From contig CAWDVW010000002.1 in assembly GCA_963805855.1 (NCBI GenBank), positions 544,001-608,000 of the forward strand: a stretch of DNA of 64,000 bases, given 5' to 3'. This DNA is from Candidatus Dadabacteria bacterium (GTDB lineage Bacteria; Desulfobacterota_D; UBA1144; Nemesobacterales; CSP1-2). This document shows positions 61,929 through 64,000 of the stretch, piece after piece. Every line of letters begins with the position of its first letter. Positions within the stretch are counted from its first letter, which is position 1. The translations under genes were made by a program, and so were the position numbers. Below the pieces are notes generated by a model, which had not been told where the DNA came from, did not search any database, and worked only from the letters and a program-made list of their open reading frames with translations.

Positions 61929-62117
61929 ATGAAAAATCCATATGAGGAATGGGTTAAGTTGATGAATCTGCCTATGGAATTAAGCGTCAAGTTCTACGAC
62001 ATCATTGAGAAAGGCACACGGGCAATGAATTCAATGGCTAAAGCCCAAAAGGATATGGAAGATTTTCAAAGGGCGTCGAAGGAATTCCAGGATTTAGTCC
62101 CGTTTATAAAGAAATAG
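61929..62117 (+). CDS. Small helical hypothetical protein
   Basis: AGGAG RBS; 62-aa amphipathic ORF. Confidence 0.55.
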   Translation: MKNPYEEWVKLMNLPMELSVKFYDIIEKGTRAMNSMAKAQKDMEDFQRASKEFQDLVPFIKK

Positions 62118-62437
62118 GGGACAGACACTTGCTATTCTATTCTCTGAGTTTGGCTTAGACCCCCTATTGTAATTTGAGACCCTCTCTGAATCTCATCTTA
62201 GCCTCTTCCCCTATCCCATCTAAAGAGTCTTGCGTCCCTTATAGCGAAGGGGGGTTAGAGCTTGCAAAACCATATTATTCATTATCGAACTATTATTATA
62301 TGTCCAAATGGCAAGGCCTTTGATGATTGAATTCCGAGGAGCGGTATACCACTGCCAGCGGGGCGGTAAGGAGTAATGAAAACTCATCAAACAGTGCTTG
62401 ATTGCAAGGCCTGACGGTATAGTATTTGCACCCGGCT

Positions 62438-63224
62438 TTATGAGCAAGAGCCGAGAGGACCGATTCGGCCCTCCGGCTTGGGTTGTACGTTAAGAGCTGG
62501 TGCTGCCGGGGGAGACTCCGCTATTACTGCGGAATATCTGAAGTAATGCGTGTCATCCGGAATGAACTTACGTGCAGTGCAGGGTGCATTCATCACTCCG
62601 ACGAACAACCCTATCAGGAGGCGTACGGGATGCAAGGAGTGTCAAAGTCGTATTGCTCCAGGCAACCGAGCGACACGCTTCGAAGTCTTCTCGTTTTGAG
62701 ATCCCGTCATAGGAAATAGGCCGCCAAGGTTCCAGACCGGCCGCTGGCAAGGTGCATCACAATCAGCTCAGTATTATGGACGATATAGCATGCAGGCCGA
62801 ACGGGTCGACCCGCCTCACGACTTATTTGTACGCCCGTCTGCCAGTCAATGCGTTTGCTCTCATCAACGATACCTAATTGCTCGGTGAGGCGGCAGAAGT
62901 AGTCTCTCTCTGCTTGAGGTACGTGTGTACAATCCAGAGTGCGCGGGTAACTTCCCCAACGTTCTTCTGTCGTCGGGAGCTGGAGACGGGCCATACAGTC
63001 GGCTTTCATCGGCGAGCCGCCGAAATACTCGCGGTGGACACCTCGGCCCGCGCTCCCGGTGGGAGGTTAAACCCCACCTCCAGGTAGAGGCGGAGATGTA
63101 GGGGGGCGAAGGTGTCGGTGATGCAGGTACCTTGACCACCACCACCATCATCCTCGCCGCATCCTGTATAAAACATCAAACCACACATAACAATCATCAA
63201 AACGAGTGTGCTTTTCCTCATCAT
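62438..63224 (-). pseudogene. Putative lipoprotein, frameshifted
   Basis: GAGGA RBS and YTGC lipobox at the 63224 start; overlapping minus-strand fragments continue to about 62438. Confidence 0.5.
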
Positions 63225-63324
63225 GCTTTGATCTTCCTCTTCTCAATAGTCTAAAAAAGCGTCTGTACCCATGACTATATCAATCGGCCCTATCCCCCAT
63301 TTTATTCATACTGCCTTTGTTTTA

Positions 63325-63433
63325 GAGTGTCTCACAAAAATAAGCTCAAGTAAAGGAGTAATATTCCCTCCGTTTAAGCCGAGCAGTGCCTGTCGAGTGA
63401 AACGAATAAAAGTCCTCAAATATTATAGCCTAC
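63325..63433 (-). promoter_or_regulatory. Duplicated promoter block, copy 2
   Basis: Aligns to 55575-55684; contains TTTACT-N17-GACACT. Confidence 0.65.
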
Positions 63434-63564
63434 AATGTCAAGAAGATGTGAAGTTTTTTTTGACGTGTTCTAAATTGAAAAGAATAAACTTCCATGCAGG
63501 GGTCTGAAGGAACTATCGAATTAGACCTATATCAATGAGAATCATCAAAAATGCCAGCTTTTTA

Positions 63565-64000
63565 TCACAAGAGCTTATAATCAATTAATCTGTATTGGGC
63601 GACAGGGGATTTTTCCTGATCTTTGCAGCTTGTGTAGTTCATGAGGGCCTCTTTATTTTTCTTAATGTGAACGCAGTGGGGTTTTTCCTCTGATTCCGAG
63701 ATAAATTCCATAATGGAGTTTTCTTTGTCTAGACTTTTAAGACTAATGAACCTGAAGGCTGAGATTTCCTTAATTCCGGCTTTCTTTCTCAGAAAGTATT
63801 CAGCAGCTTGCACATCTTTGCTGTAACAAGAACGCCCACGGTAGTGTTCGAGGTCTATCCTGCGATTTATTGAGTCCTCTATCAATTTGTGGACACCAAA
63901 ATCCCTTACCCGGCCGTAATAAACCCCAAATGGTAAATACAATAAATTTGCCGCAAACCTATGACCACCAAGATGAGTCGTTTGCCAGGCCATAAAACCG
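63565..64000 (-). CDS. Sucrase/ferredoxin-like protein, C-terminal part (5' end outside the window)
   Basis: WQTTHLGGHRFAANL..LP.G..YGR motif. Confidence 0.8.
   Translation of the reverse strand, partial: GFMAWQTTHLGGHRFAANLLYLPFGVYYGRVRDFGVHKLIEDSINRRIDLEHYRGRSCYSKDVQAAEYFLRKKAGIKEISAFRFISLKSLDKENSIMEFISESEEKPHCVHIKKNKEALMNYTSCKDQEKSPVAQYRLIDYKLL

Overview
Bacterial chromosomal window, probably from a metagenome assembly. The gene style is suggestive of Desulfobacterota-related lineages such as Ca. Dadabacteria, but this is an unverified inference. Bases 1-44 kb are mostly housekeeping and regulatory genes: ntrB-ntrC/rnc/glnB-glnA with a sigma54 promoter, a stand-alone nuoJKL, nth, a sigma70 factor, argC, tldD, uppP, uvrA, rluB and a GAF/PAS two-component pair. 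Intergenic spaces are crowded with several REP/MITE-like palindrome families. An AT-rich islet at about 19.9-21.9 kb carries a frameshifted RhuM-Fic/Doc gene coupled to a HEPN-motif gene. The most striking observation is there: the rhuM coding sequence contains a perfect 25-bp palindrome (encoding STVAKFATVQ), and four variant copies of it sit at 36/36/35-bp spacing directly upstream of the start codon. Bases 45-64 kb form an accessory region of large secreted or surface proteins (G8/pentapeptide protein, Tat GMC oxidoreductase, metzincin, TSP3-repeat protein), with two duplicated upstream regulatory blocks and many single-base frameshifts. I recognised no rRNA, tRNA, CRISPR-cas, integrase or transposase.
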